Below, piece after piece: positions 19,535 through 29,107 of a stretch of 64,000 nt of DNA. Source of the stretch: a virus (lineage: Duplodnaviria; Caudoviricetes); IMG/VR virus record IMGVR_UViG_3300043447_000100, positions 96,001 to 160,000 of that record; one strand, written 5' to 3'. A program made the position numbers and the translations under genes. The stretch's first letter is position 1. Each line of letters opens with the position of its first letter. The notes below the pieces were generated by a model. That model did no database searches, had not been told where the DNA came from, and saw only the letters and a program-made list of their open reading frames with translations.

Positions 19535-21645
19535 CAGCACTTCTAGAAGGCGGCAACGTATTCAAAGCACCGGGTTGGTCTAAAGAAAACCCAGAAATGC
19601 TTACTGACAGAATCAGTAAGGCTGAGGTTGCGCCTACTGTTGCCTTCTTAAACAAACTAACAGGCATGAACTTAAAGGACAATCTATTAGGTTCAACCGG
19701 CATCGCTGAATCTAGCGGCGACATTGATATCGCTATTGATATGTCAACTTCTAAAGATGAGTTTGTTCAACTGCTTACTGACAAGGGTGTATCACCTGAT
19801 CACATTCGCAAAACAGGCGACAGTGTTCACTACATGAGTCCTATCTTTGCCGACAAGAAAAAGACTAACAGATTCGTTCAAGTCGATTTCATGTTTGTAC
19901 CAAGCGTAGAGTTTGCTAAGTGGTCAATGCGCACCGCACCTGAATCAACATACAAGGGCGTGTACTTACAGAAACTACGTGCTGACTTAACTAACACAGT
20001 CGCACCTAAAGACGATAGTGGCAAATCACTATGGAAGTGGAATCATTTCAAGGGCGTACTCAATCGTAGCGACGACACACCTGTGTTTCGTGAATTCGAT
20101 CCTGATGATATCGCTAAAGGCTTGCTAGGTCAGACTGCTACCCGCAGAGACTTAGAAAGCGTCGAGGGCATTATGCGCTTACTCAAAGATAATGCTAAGC
20201 GTAAGGATGTTATTGATACCTACAGACAAACCTTAGCTCGTGATAAGAAGGGTACTCAACTACCGCCTGACGAAGAATTAGATAGAGACTACTTAGAAGA
20301 GGCAACTTACAAAAGTAAGAATGACATAATTAATGATTTTATCAGACGAGGCAAACCAGCAGAGCAAGCGGCCGCGGCTTGGGAACGAGGTTACAGAGGT
20401 AAGAAGTCTAAGCAAACTAATCTCAAAGACATTAAGTTAAAGCCACCACAGAAACACTGGCAAGATGTTGATGAATCAGAACAAGTTACTGAACTCAAGA
20501 TTGGCGATGCTACTAAGCGTCTAATGCGTCAACAGAAGGATGATAAAAAGCAATCATCAGTAGGCCGCGAGTTTCAACATATTGAAGACTTGGTCTATAT
20601 CGAAGGTATCTCAGGTGTCAAACGAGCACTGTTACGCTTAGCACAAATCGCTAAGAATAGCAAACCGCTAGAAGTCAAGTGGGACGGCTCACCAGCAATC
20701 GTATTCGGCCGCGACTCTACCGGCAAGTTTCACTTCGGTGACAAATACGCTAAAGAAATGCTATCAACAGCCGAAGAAGTCTATGCGTATTACACTCGCA
20801 CAAGTCAAAGCGAAGGTCGTGTACAGTTTGCTAAAGAAATGGCACAACTATGCCCAGTGTACGAAGCCGCGACACCTGAAAACTTCACCGGATTCTTAGA
20901 AGCAGGCTTGATGTACAAGTCAACACCGCCTAAGAACGAACGCGGCGAATACTACTTCGCACCTAACACAGTCACTTACTTTGTTGACTCATCAAGCGAA
21001 CTAGGCAAGCGCATAGGCAACTCTATTTCAGGCGCAGCCGCAACCGGCACATTCGACGAGCTACCTGCCCTCGGCGGCCAACGCAGACCAGTAGGCGATA
21101 GCTACCGAGCAATCACTGGTTCACAAGTTGTAATCATCCCGCCTAAGTTTACTGATACGCAAACAGATATCAACCCTGACAAATTACGAACAATCAGTAG
21201 ATACGCGGCTTCAGTTGCCCAACCGCTAGAAGCATTTATCGCACCTGAACAAGGTTTATCAGATATCAGAGGCATCATCTACACATACGTCAACAGTCAA
21301 GTAGACGACCCTAGTAACTTAGACAAGTTAGGTCACAACTTCTTACAGTGGTTAGCAACTTCAAAAGTCAGCGCCGCAAAGCAAGAAAAAATCAAGCAAC
21401 GAGTACAAGAAAATACTCGAGGCTTCAACGCAGTGTTCAAACTTACACAAGCAATCATGCACATCAAAGATGATATCATCGGTAAGAAAGAGCATGAGAC
21501 ATTAGCAAGTTTAGGTATCAGAGCGCAACTAAAATCCGGCGAACACGGCGGCGAAGGCTTTGTACACGATCCTGATGAAGGTCAAGGCCCTACAAAATTA
21601 GTCAACCGCGGCACATTCACTCGTGCTAACAGATTGCGTGATTGA
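19531..21645 (+). CDS. Fusion of a Pol-beta-type nucleotidyltransferase and an ATP-dependent ligase-like (KxDG) domain
   Basis: N-terminal LGSTG...SGDIDIA...QVDFM. C-terminal VKWDGSPA (nt 20677), GEGFV (nt 21553) and TKLVNR, i.e. covalent nucleotidyltransferase motifs I, IV and V. Confidence 0.7.
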   Translation: MTALLEGGNVFKAPGWSKENPEMLTDRISKAEVAPTVAFLNKLTGMNLKDNLLGSTGIAESSGDIDIAIDMSTSKDEFVQLLTDKGVSPDHIRKTGDSVHYMSPIFADKKKTNRFVQVDFMFVPSVEFAKWSMRTAPESTYKGVYLQKLRADLTNTVAPKDDSGKSLWKWNHFKGVLNRSDDTPVFREFDPDDIAKGLLGQTATRRDLESVEGIMRLLKDNAKRKDVIDTYRQTLARDKKGTQLPPDEELDRDYLEEATYKSKNDIINDFIRRGKPAEQAAAAWERGYRGKKSKQTNLKDIKLKPPQKHWQDVDESEQVTELKIGDATKRLMRQQKDDKKQSSVGREFQHIEDLVYIEGISGVKRALLRLAQIAKNSKPLEVKWDGSPAIVFGRDSTGKFHFGDKYAKEMLSTAEEVYAYYTRTSQSEGRVQFAKEMAQLCPVYEAATPENFTGFLEAGLMYKSTPPKNERGEYYFAPNTVTYFVDSSSELGKRIGNSISGAAATGTFDELPALGGQRRPVGDSYRAITGSQVVIIPPKFTDTQTDINPDKLRTISRYAASVAQPLEAFIAPEQGLSDIRGIIYTYVNSQVDDPSNLDKLGHNFLQWLATSKVSAAKQEKIKQRVQENTRGFNAVFKLTQAIMHIKDDIIGKKEHETLASLGIRAQLKSGEHGGEGFVHDPDEGQGPTKLVNRGTFTRANRLRD

Positions 21646-21669
21646 CAAATCAAAAAAGCATGTTATAAT
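21642..21669 (+). promoter_or_regulatory. Sigma70-type promoter driving a leaderless GIY-YIG gene
   Basis: TTGACA-16 bp-TATAAT with TG extension; ATG 6 nt downstream. Confidence 0.75.
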
Positions 21670-21675
21670 AATAGT

Positions 21676-22293
21676 ATGAAAGCATATCTAATGATCAAAA
21701 CACATAGAGTTACTGGTTTGAAGTATCTATGTAAGACAGTGCAAGATCCTCTAATGTATAAGGGCTCCGGCGTTGATTGGTTAGCGCATTTAGAAAAATA
21801 TGGCGAAGACCATGATACTGAAATACTAAGAGTGTGCGAGAGTAAAGATGAACTTAGAACATACGGTCTGTATTATAGTGCTCTTTGGAATGTAGTATCA
21901 TCCGTTGATGATTACGGTAATAAAATATGGGCGAACAAGATACCGGAAAACGGTTCGGGCGGCATGACGAGTGAAACTGCGACTGAAGTTCAAAATCGTC
22001 CCGAAATAAAAAAGATGAAGATGGGAAAAAATAATCCATACCATCGTTCAAACAAAGAAAAACATAGCAAAGCCACCAGCGAAGCGATGAATAGAGAAGA
22101 AGTAAAAAAGAAAATATCAGGAGAGAATAGTCATCACTATGATCATACGATATATAAATTTATACACGATGATGATACTGCTATTGATTGCACATTCTTT
22201 GAACTTAGAAAATTGTATAAGTTACATCATGGTCATCTAAGATCGGTGATCAAGGGCGAACGAGCGACACACAAGGGATGGAGAGTGAAATGA
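21676..22293 (+). mobile_element. Free-standing GIY-YIG (Seg-like) homing endonuclease
   Basis: YLMIKTH..TGLKYLCKT....Y.GSG and W.N...E.G.GG, with NUMOD-like C-terminus. AT-rich. Confidence 0.75.
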
Positions 22294-22904
22294 AAATCAA
22301 CGAAGTACTCACTGAGAATGAAACACATGGTCGAAACAGGAAAGTAGTAGTTGGCTGGGGCAGAGGCATGGGTCACAAAGGACATTGTTATCTAGCACAG
22401 TCAGTGATTGAATACGCAGAAAAGACAGGCGCACAACCTATCTTCTATGTAAGCGAAACAGTCGGCGCAGATGATCCGCTAACAGCACAAGAAAAGTTAG
22501 CAATCTACAAAAAAGTATTCCCTAAACACAAAGCAATTTTCAAGAGTGCTAAAACAATCAACGCAGCCGCACAAGAAGTTTATGACGCAGGCTATACTGA
22601 AATGACTCTTGTTGTTGGTGCTGACCAAAAGAACGCTTTTCAATTCTTAGCACGACCAACTAAGTCAACTGGTCAACTACCGATTCCGTTTGATAGAGTA
22701 CAAGTTATCAGTCGTCAAGATACAGACAGTGAAACTTCACACTTAGAAGGACCACGTGCTACACCAATGCGTGATATCCTCAGAGATCCTAATGCTAGTG
22801 ACGAGGATAAGTTTGCTGTGTGGCGTGATGCTATGCCCGACGCACTCACTGATAAGCAAGTTCTAGCAACAATGCGACTAGCCGCCCGACGCTTAGGGCT
22901 CTAA
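22290..22904 (+). CDS. HxGH (cytidylyltransferase-like) nucleotidyltransferase
   Basis: VVGWGRGMGHKGH, DPL...EK, LVVGADQ and RATPMR (KMSKS-equivalent loop). Start ATG 22290 with GGAG RBS; N-terminus MKINEVLTE. Confidence 0.75.
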   Translation: MKINEVLTENETHGRNRKVVVGWGRGMGHKGHCYLAQSVIEYAEKTGAQPIFYVSETVGADDPLTAQEKLAIYKKVFPKHKAIFKSAKTINAAAQEVYDAGYTEMTLVVGADQKNAFQFLARPTKSTGQLPIPFDRVQVISRQDTDSETSHLEGPRATPMRDILRDPNASDEDKFAVWRDAMPDALTDKQVLATMRLAARRLGL

Positions 22905-22913
22905 TAAGGGCTA

Positions 22914-23549
22914 GTGATGCGTTCTGTCAAACTCGAACTCGACATTGACCTTGAGCCTTATGCTGACGCTCTTATAAACAGACCAAGCGAACATGGTCCA
23001 AAAAGCAATCCAATAACAAGACAGGAGTTGCTAGACTTAGTGCCACAACTTGCTAAGTTAGACCGACACTTAGCAGACTATGACTTGATGATTTCGTATC
23101 CTTCTGTTATGTCAATGAATCCTGGCACGTACGGCATAGTTCATGTTGATGGTGCGTTACCGTATGAAACGCACGACATGAAGTTCAACATACCAATCAA
23201 AAATGGAACATCAATGACCACACGATGGTACGACTTGACTGGTCTACCTTACGACAAGATAGATTGGAATTTTGACCGCCAAAATCTTTCGGAAGCAGAT
23301 TTTTGGTTCTTATCAAATGCTGACTTGCTCGTAAACAACCATTGTGTTGAGACACTACTACTAGACGGCCCACATCTGTTCTATAGTGGTGAACCACACA
23401 ACGTAGACGGCAGACACTCCAAAGTTGTTCGATCCATTCTTGGTATGAACATCAAACACAAACCCACGGACACGTTCCTTCGTTGGGCACAAAAGGATTT
23501 GGTCATCAAAGCAGTTGCTGACTACAATCAATCCTTCCAAAATAGTTGA
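22914..23549 (+). CDS. Putative 2OG-Fe(II) oxygenase / cupin-like protein
   Basis: IVHVDG (HxD), FNIPI, PHNV (distal His) and RSIL (Arg). Confidence 0.55.
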   Translation: MMRSVKLELDIDLEPYADALINRPSEHGPKSNPITRQELLDLVPQLAKLDRHLADYDLMISYPSVMSMNPGTYGIVHVDGALPYETHDMKFNIPIKNGTSMTTRWYDLTGLPYDKIDWNFDRQNLSEADFWFLSNADLLVNNHCVETLLLDGPHLFYSGEPHNVDGRHSKVVRSILGMNIKHKPTDTFLRWAQKDLVIKAVADYNQSFQNS

Positions 23550-23573
23550 CTTCTTAGCGCAATCAGCTATAAT
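23546..23573 (+). promoter_or_regulatory. Sigma70-type promoter P1 upstream of gp32
   Basis: CCAAAATAG-TTGACT-16 bp-TATAAT. Confidence 0.7.
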
Positions 23574-23641
23574 AACTACTATATCAATGAATGATCTTCA
23601 TTGGTATCACTAAGACAAACAGCAATTGGATGTTTTAGTGA

Positions 23642-23669
23642 TTGACAATAGTAGACAGTATGTTATACT
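23642..23669 (+). promoter_or_regulatory. Sigma70-type promoter P2 upstream of gp32
   Basis: TTGACA-16 bp-TATACT with TG extension. Confidence 0.75.
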
Positions 23670-23751
23670 TCTTCTATGTCACGTATGAATCCTTCATACT
23701 ACTACCCTTAGACTTAGTTTATCAGACACTTAAAATTTGAAAGGAAATAAA

Positions 23752-24765
23752 ATGTCTTTAGCAGCTATCCGCGCCAAATTGGCCGCACAAGAAAATCGTG
23801 GTCAGTCACAACAAACTCAAGCAAGTGACAACATCATCTATCCTCACTGGAACATGCCAGAAGGAACCACAGCAAATATCCGCTTCTTACCTGATGCTGA
23901 TCCAAACAACTCATTCTTCTGGATTGAGCGTAACATGATCAAGTTGCCATTCATTGGCGCAAAAGGTATCAACGCAGATAAAGAATACATTGTACAAGTA
24001 CCATGCGTAGAAATGTATGGCGACAACTGCCCAATCTTGGCAGAAGTTCGTACTTGGTACAAAGACGAATCTCTCAAAGAGATGGCTAACAAATACTGGA
24101 AGAAGCGTACATACTTGTTCCAAGGTTTCGTTCGCTCAAACCCAATCGCAGACGACAAGCAACCTGAGAATCCTATCCGTCGTTTTGTTATCTCTCCTCA
24201 AATCTTCCAAGTCATCAAGTCATCATTGATGGACCCTGAGATTGAAGAATTGCCAACAGACGCACTACGCGGTCTAGACTTCCGCATTGTTAAAACAAGC
24301 AAAGGCGGTTATGCTGACTACTCAACTTCAGGTTGGGCTCGTAAAGAATCTGCTCTAACAACAGAAGAACAAGAAATCATTTCTAAGTTCGGCTTGTTCA
24401 ACTTGAGTGAATTCTTGCCTAAGAAGCCAAGCGAAAGCGAATTGAAAATCATCAAAGAAATGTTTGAAGCATCAGTCGATGGTCGTCCTTATGACCTAGA
24501 CAAGTGGGGCGCATACTACAAGCCATGGGGCTTAGACGCTAAGCAAACCGGCGACGGCGAATCAATCTCCGTACCAGTTTCACGCCCAGCACCAGTTGCT
24601 CAAACCACACCAGCTCCTGTAGCAGAAACCGCTCCTTGGGAAGCAGACGCCGCTGAAGCCGCTGAGTCTATCAAACCAGCCGCACCAGCAGCCGAAGCTC
24701 CTAAGACAAGCGATAAGGCAAACGACATCCTAGCGATGATTCGTAGCCGTCAAAAAGCAGTTTAA
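23752..24765 (+). CDS. Single-stranded DNA-binding protein (gp32-like)
   Basis: IRFLPD, C..M.G..CPI, KYWKKR.Y, GLDF...KT.KGGYADYSTS and an Ala/Pro linker. ATG 23752 follows AAGGA. Confidence 0.92.
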   Translation: MSLAAIRAKLAAQENRGQSQQTQASDNIIYPHWNMPEGTTANIRFLPDADPNNSFFWIERNMIKLPFIGAKGINADKEYIVQVPCVEMYGDNCPILAEVRTWYKDESLKEMANKYWKKRTYLFQGFVRSNPIADDKQPENPIRRFVISPQIFQVIKSSLMDPEIEELPTDALRGLDFRIVKTSKGGYADYSTSGWARKESALTTEEQEIISKFGLFNLSEFLPKKPSESELKIIKEMFEASVDGRPYDLDKWGAYYKPWGLDAKQTGDGESISVPVSRPAPVAQTTPAPVAETAPWEADAAEAAESIKPAAPAAEAPKTSDKANDILAMIRSRQKAV

Positions 24766-24775
24766 TAAACTGTCC

Positions 24776-24810
24776 ATAATAAGATAACGCCTCGAGCGTT
24801 ATCTTATTAT
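24776..24810 (+). terminator. Perfect 15-bp inverted repeat after gp32 (terminator or stabiliser)
   Basis: ATAATAAGATAACGC-CTCGA-GCGTTATCTTATTAT. Confidence 0.7.
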
Positions 24811-24824
24811 ATTAGGAGCAACAA

Positions 24825-25382
24825 ATGAAAATCAAAGCTGTCGTCATTAAGTGGCGAACACCATTCAGTTGTAGTTTGATGGAAAGCATCATGTCTTCTG
24901 AGGTGGAAACAACTTTGTCTGATTGGATAAAAAATACGAATAATAACGAATACTTGATGATAGGCGGCGCCGTTGTAGGTTACTACACTAAGCCAAGAAT
25001 GACGCAAGACATAGATGTGTTGTATCGTTTATCTTCATCGATACCTAATGAAGTTGAAGGTTTCAAACATCATCGTGAACACGCATTTGAGCATCAACAA
25101 ACGGGTGTAGAAGTTGAAACGCTAGATTCTGAATTTCTCGGTATATCCCAAGATTTGGTAGAACAGGTATTCGACAATTCAAGTATCGCGGATGGTGTTA
25201 GAATACCTAGTCCCTCCGGAATCGTTGCGTTAAAAGTATGTCGTGCCGATCTTCAAGATATTGCTGATATTCACGCTGTTGCTCAAATACATGAAATAGA
25301 TTTGACTGAATGGAATTTAGATGAAAATAAAATTAAGTTCGTCGAAGAAAGATTAGGGTACTCACTCAGGAGAAGAATATGA
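24825..25382 (+). CDS. AbiEii/DUF1814-like nucleotidyltransferase
   Basis: LMIGG.VV.YY..PR.T.DID and ALK..R...QD.ADI. AT-rich insertion. Confidence 0.7.
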   Translation: MKIKAVVIKWRTPFSCSLMESIMSSEVETTLSDWIKNTNNNEYLMIGGAVVGYYTKPRMTQDIDVLYRLSSSIPNEVEGFKHHREHAFEHQQTGVEVETLDSEFLGISQDLVEQVFDNSSIADGVRIPSPSGIVALKVCRADLQDIADIHAVAQIHEIDLTEWNLDENKIKFVEERLGYSLRRRI

Positions 25383-25609
25383 CATTACCTGACGAGCGTT
25401 ATCGCTCATTAAAACAAGCAAAGAAATTGCTAGAAGAACTGGTAGACCCTGGAAAAACACCACGTGTGCCAGCAGTTGTCCGCGAACGAGCACGAGGAGT
25501 TCTACGACACTTTCCTAGCGATTATGAATTTGAAGTAATGGCTTCTAATTGTCCAAACTTACTTGACACTAAGCCGTTCTCAGTTTACAATACTACTATC
25601 AACAAATAA
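25379..25609 (+). CDS. Small conserved protein (BPSL0761-like)
   Basis: MTLPDER.R ... PRVP..VR.RA...LRHFP signature. Confidence 0.6.
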   Translation: MTLPDERYRSLKQAKKLLEELVDPGKTPRVPAVVRERARGVLRHFPSDYEFEVMASNCPNLLDTKPFSVYNTTINK

Positions 25610-25617
25610 GGAATAAC

Positions 25618-26697
25618 ATGGCTACTAAACCATTTGACTTGTCGAAGTTTCGTAAAGACATTACAAAATCAATCGACGGTCTATCAATCGGCTTTCACGA
25701 TCCTACAGACTGGATCTCAACAGGCAACTATGCTCTCAATTATCTAATCTCAGGTGATTTCAAGAAGGGCGTACCACTAGGCAAAGTAACAGTATTCGCT
25801 GGCGAATCTGGTAGTGGCAAATCATATATCTGTTCAGGTAACTTAGTAAAGAACGCACAAGAGCAAGGTATCTATGTTGTCTTAATCGACAGTGAGAACG
25901 CACTTGATGAATCCTGGTTACACGCTCTAGGCGTACAAACCACTGACGACAAGCTACTCAAGCTAAACATGGCCATGATTGATGACGTTGCTAAAACAAT
26001 CTCAACATTCATGAAAGACTACAAGGCCATGGCCGAAGACGAGCGTCCTAAAGTCTTATTCGTTGTTGACTCCTTAGGTATGCTAATGTCACCAACAGAA
26101 GTAAATCAGTTCGATGCTGGTGATATGAAGGGTGATATGGGTCGTAAGGCCAAAGCACTCAAAGCACTAGTTACTAACTGTGTCAATATGTTCGGTAGTT
26201 GTAACGTTGGCTTAGTTGCCACAAATCACACTTATGCTTCACAAGACCCATACAATCCAGATCCTAACGTTAGTGGCGGTCAAGGCTTTGTTTATGCTAG
26301 TTCTATTCTTGTTGCTATGAAAAAGCTCAAGTTGAAAGAAGACGAAGACGGCAACAAAGTATCCGAAGTTCTAGGCATTCGTGCTGGCTGTAAGATTATG
26401 AAAACTCGTTATGCTAAGCCATTCGAGGACATTCAAATTCAAATCCCATACGAAACAGGTATGAACCCTTACTCCGGTTTCTTTGACTTGTTAGAAGCAC
26501 GTGGCTTAGTCAAGAAAGAAGGCAATCGCTATACTTACACAGACTTGAACGGCGAGATTCACAAATACTTTCGCAAAGAGTGGTCTAAGAACACTAACGG
26601 CATCATGGACTTAGTGATGACAGAGTTCTCAGAAAAAGAAAAGCGTGAGACACAAGCACAACTAAACGAAACAAATGAAACTGAAATTGCTGAATAA
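25618..26697 (+). CDS. uvsX: RecA-like recombinase UvsX
   Basis: GESGSGKS, IDSENA, VVDSLG, GDMG.KAK and SGG.G..YASS. Confidence 0.95.
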   Translation: MATKPFDLSKFRKDITKSIDGLSIGFHDPTDWISTGNYALNYLISGDFKKGVPLGKVTVFAGESGSGKSYICSGNLVKNAQEQGIYVVLIDSENALDESWLHALGVQTTDDKLLKLNMAMIDDVAKTISTFMKDYKAMAEDERPKVLFVVDSLGMLMSPTEVNQFDAGDMKGDMGRKAKALKALVTNCVNMFGSCNVGLVATNHTYASQDPYNPDPNVSGGQGFVYASSILVAMKKLKLKEDEDGNKVSEVLGIRAGCKIMKTRYAKPFEDIQIQIPYETGMNPYSGFFDLLEARGLVKKEGNRYTYTDLNGEIHKYFRKEWSKNTNGIMDLVMTEFSEKEKRETQAQLNETNETEIAE

Positions 26698-26720
26698 ATA
26701 ACAGCGGAGGAAAAATTTCA

Positions 26721-26987
26721 ATGGCATTAGATATCGTTACTCAAGTATGGGATATTGTAAAAGAAACAATACACCCAACAGACCGCGAAACAGCGGCCGA
26801 GCACATCGTGGGAATGTTGATCGACAATGACTACTCACCGGCAGAAATCAAAAGTGCTTTCAGAGGCGACTCTGATTTTGCAACTGCCTTAAAGTATTAC
26901 AACGATCAAGAATCTGAATACGAGGAAGACTACGAAGAATACGAAGAAGAACAACTTGATTTCGACGACGAAGAAGATTGGGATTAA
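26721..26987 (+). CDS. Hypothetical protein with an acidic tail
   Basis: 88-aa ORF with GGAGG RBS. Confidence 0.75.
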   Translation: MALDIVTQVWDIVKETIHPTDRETAAEHIVGMLIDNDYSPAEIKSAFRGDSDFATALKYYNDQESEYEEDYEEYEEEQLDFDDEEDWD

Positions 26988-27443
26988 ATGAACTGGTACA
27001 CGCAGGTAACTAACGATCTAGCAGTACTGCCTGATTTTATTGAACACTATACAAACGAACTAGCACAAGCAAAACTTGAAGTTAGCATCAAAGGTAGTGT
27101 CGAGAAAAATCTAGCAGGGTTGCCTGGTATCACCGAGTATCGCTTCAATCAACTACAAGAGATCGAAGCGGTCCTCAACTTTCTCAACATCAAGCTACGC
27201 AAGATTCGTTCGACTACATTCAAGAAATTCTTTGAAGGGTATGCTCGTGCATTAACAAGCCGCGATGCTGAAAAGTATGTTGAAGGTGAGCCCGACGTAA
27301 TCGACATGGAAACACTTATCAACGAGGTCGCACTCTTACGCAATCGCTGGTTAGGCATTATGAAGGGCTTAGAAGCTAAGCAATGGCAACTAGGTCACAT
27401 CGTTCGTTTGCGTACAGCGGGCATGGAAGACGCAACAATCTAA
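26988..27443 (+). CDS. uvsY: Recombination mediator UvsY
   Basis: Helical 151 aa; LTSRDAEKYV.GE, KGLEAK.WQL and LRTAG. Located next to uvsX. Confidence 0.8.
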   Translation: MNWYTQVTNDLAVLPDFIEHYTNELAQAKLEVSIKGSVEKNLAGLPGITEYRFNQLQEIEAVLNFLNIKLRKIRSTTFKKFFEGYARALTSRDAEKYVEGEPDVIDMETLINEVALLRNRWLGIMKGLEAKQWQLGHIVRLRTAGMEDATI

Positions 27444-28378
27444 TGACGCTAAAGCCGGTAAATCTTAACGTGCGCTCAGTCACGATAGAGGACATCGAGA
27501 ATCACAAGTTGATTTCTGATGAAGCACTTGCTCGTGACCTAAACAACGTCAAACGATTCAACGCCGACGAGAACACAAACTCGTTCGCAGGCAACCCTTT
27601 CTTGTATCACTATCAGTTCAAGAACTTACTGCGCTGTAAACGAGCAGACGGCAAAAATATCTACGACACATGGTCAGACCCCGTACAACGAGACAAACTG
27701 TTCGAAGATACACTCAAGCGCAACAGAGGCGGAGCAACAGCCGCTGGCAATGTGTTTGAGTGCTATCGTATCAACAAGGGCAGTGTTGTAATGTTCAAAT
27801 CAACAACAGCAAAATACTTGTACAAAAAGTACGGCGCTACCAGAGTGCTTGATCCGACAGCAGGTTGGGGCGGTCGTATGATCGGCGCATGGGCACTAGG
27901 CATCGACTACACGGGCATCGATACAAACATTGAAATGAAACCTGCGTATGATGCTATGATTCAACATCTACTACAACACGACGATACATCACTGTTTACA
28001 TTCGATAGGGTATCAGAGCTACAAATGCTGTGGCAAAGTTGCCTCGATATCGACTTCTCTAAACTTGATTATGACTTTGTGCTAACAAGCCCACCGTATG
28101 TCAACTTAGAAATCTACGAACACATGACTGAGTGGTCAAGCGACGAATCGTTTTATCTAGGCTTCTTCATACCACTGTTCGACAAGTGTAGAGCACACAT
28201 CAAAGCAGGCGGCCACATTGCCTTCAACATATCACCTAAGATGTATGAGGATGCGCTAAAGTTCGGCCTACCTCCATGCGATATTGAAGAAGACCTCAAG
28301 CAACAGATGGGTCAAAAACACGTGGCACTAAAGACCGGCAAGAAAAAGCAAGATAAAGTATACATTTGGCGCTGTTGA
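27443..28378 (+). CDS. Amino-DNA methyltransferase (N4-C / N6-A type)
   Basis: VLDPTAGWGGR (SAM binding) and LTSPPY (catalytic). The true start is ATG 27443, overlapping the uvsY stop. Confidence 0.85.
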   Translation: MTLKPVNLNVRSVTIEDIENHKLISDEALARDLNNVKRFNADENTNSFAGNPFLYHYQFKNLLRCKRADGKNIYDTWSDPVQRDKLFEDTLKRNRGGATAAGNVFECYRINKGSVVMFKSTTAKYLYKKYGATRVLDPTAGWGGRMIGAWALGIDYTGIDTNIEMKPAYDAMIQHLLQHDDTSLFTFDRVSELQMLWQSCLDIDFSKLDYDFVLTSPPYVNLEIYEHMTEWSSDESFYLGFFIPLFDKCRAHIKAGGHIAFNISPKMYEDALKFGLPPCDIEEDLKQQMGQKHVALKTGKKKQDKVYIWRC

Positions 28379-28403
28379 CAATAAATGGTAGACCTGTTAT
28401 ACT
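28375..28403 (+). promoter_or_regulatory. Sigma70-type early promoter
   Basis: TTGACA-17 bp-TATACT with extended -10; ATG 7 nt downstream. Confidence 0.8.
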
Positions 28404-28410
28404 ACCATCT

Positions 28411-29058
28411 ATGACTACGAAACACACTCTACTCACAGTCCTAGCCGCCGCCAATCGTGCGGCCACCATCAACGGCCAGTACGTCAAGTTCACAGTACCG
28501 GCACTTCGTGACCCTGACGGCCAACTCGTTCGGCCTGAGAAACTGCCCAACCGCGTAGTCATTGCCGAGTTGCTCAAGACACCTGACGCTATTACTACAG
28601 AAGACTACGAGCAAGCAGAGAAAATTAGAACTTTCTTACAAGGACTAACACTAAAGTTCTTACAACGAGGTTCTCTCAGTCAGTTCGACAGCAAGCTACT
28701 GGCCCTCTCTAGCCTAGACGAAGTAAGCACTGACTCACTTGCTATCCTTGCGTATTCGCCCTACTCGCTGATGCAATATGAGGAGCAAGAGTATGCTAAT
28801 ACTAAACGCTTACAAGCAGTCAAGAAATATCTGGCCGCACCTAATACTAAAGTATCAGTAACCGCGGAAGTAATACGAACTACTTACAGCCAGCAGTATA
28901 ACTGCTACTTCATTGAGGCAGTCACCGCTTGTAATCATAAAGTATTCTTTTCTTACAAAGAGTCTCTTGTACTACAAAAGCATTACACTATTCAGGGCAA
29001 GGTCAAGTCTAACCGTGACGACTTCGTAACGCAACTCAACTATGTCAAATTGTTGTAA
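28411..29058 (+). CDS. Hypothetical protein with a possible C-terminal OB-fold
   Basis: Leaderless ATG 28411; beta-rich C-terminus (IQGKVK...TQLNYVK). Confidence 0.6.
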   Translation: MTTKHTLLTVLAAANRAATINGQYVKFTVPALRDPDGQLVRPEKLPNRVVIAELLKTPDAITTEDYEQAEKIRTFLQGLTLKFLQRGSLSQFDSKLLALSSLDEVSTDSLAILAYSPYSLMQYEEQEYANTKRLQAVKKYLAAPNTKVSVTAEVIRTTYSQQYNCYFIEAVTACNHKVFFSYKESLVLQKHYTIQGKVKSNRDDFVTQLNYVKLL

Positions 29059-29107
29059 AAATACAACACCCACCCCACTTGACAATAAATGGCAATCCTG
29101 CTACAAT
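29051..29107 (+). promoter_or_regulatory. Palindrome TGTTGTA-AAAA-TACAACA plus a strong sigma70 promoter
   Basis: Inverted repeat at 29051-29068; TTGACA (29079)-17 bp-TACAAT with TG extension. Confidence 0.8.
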
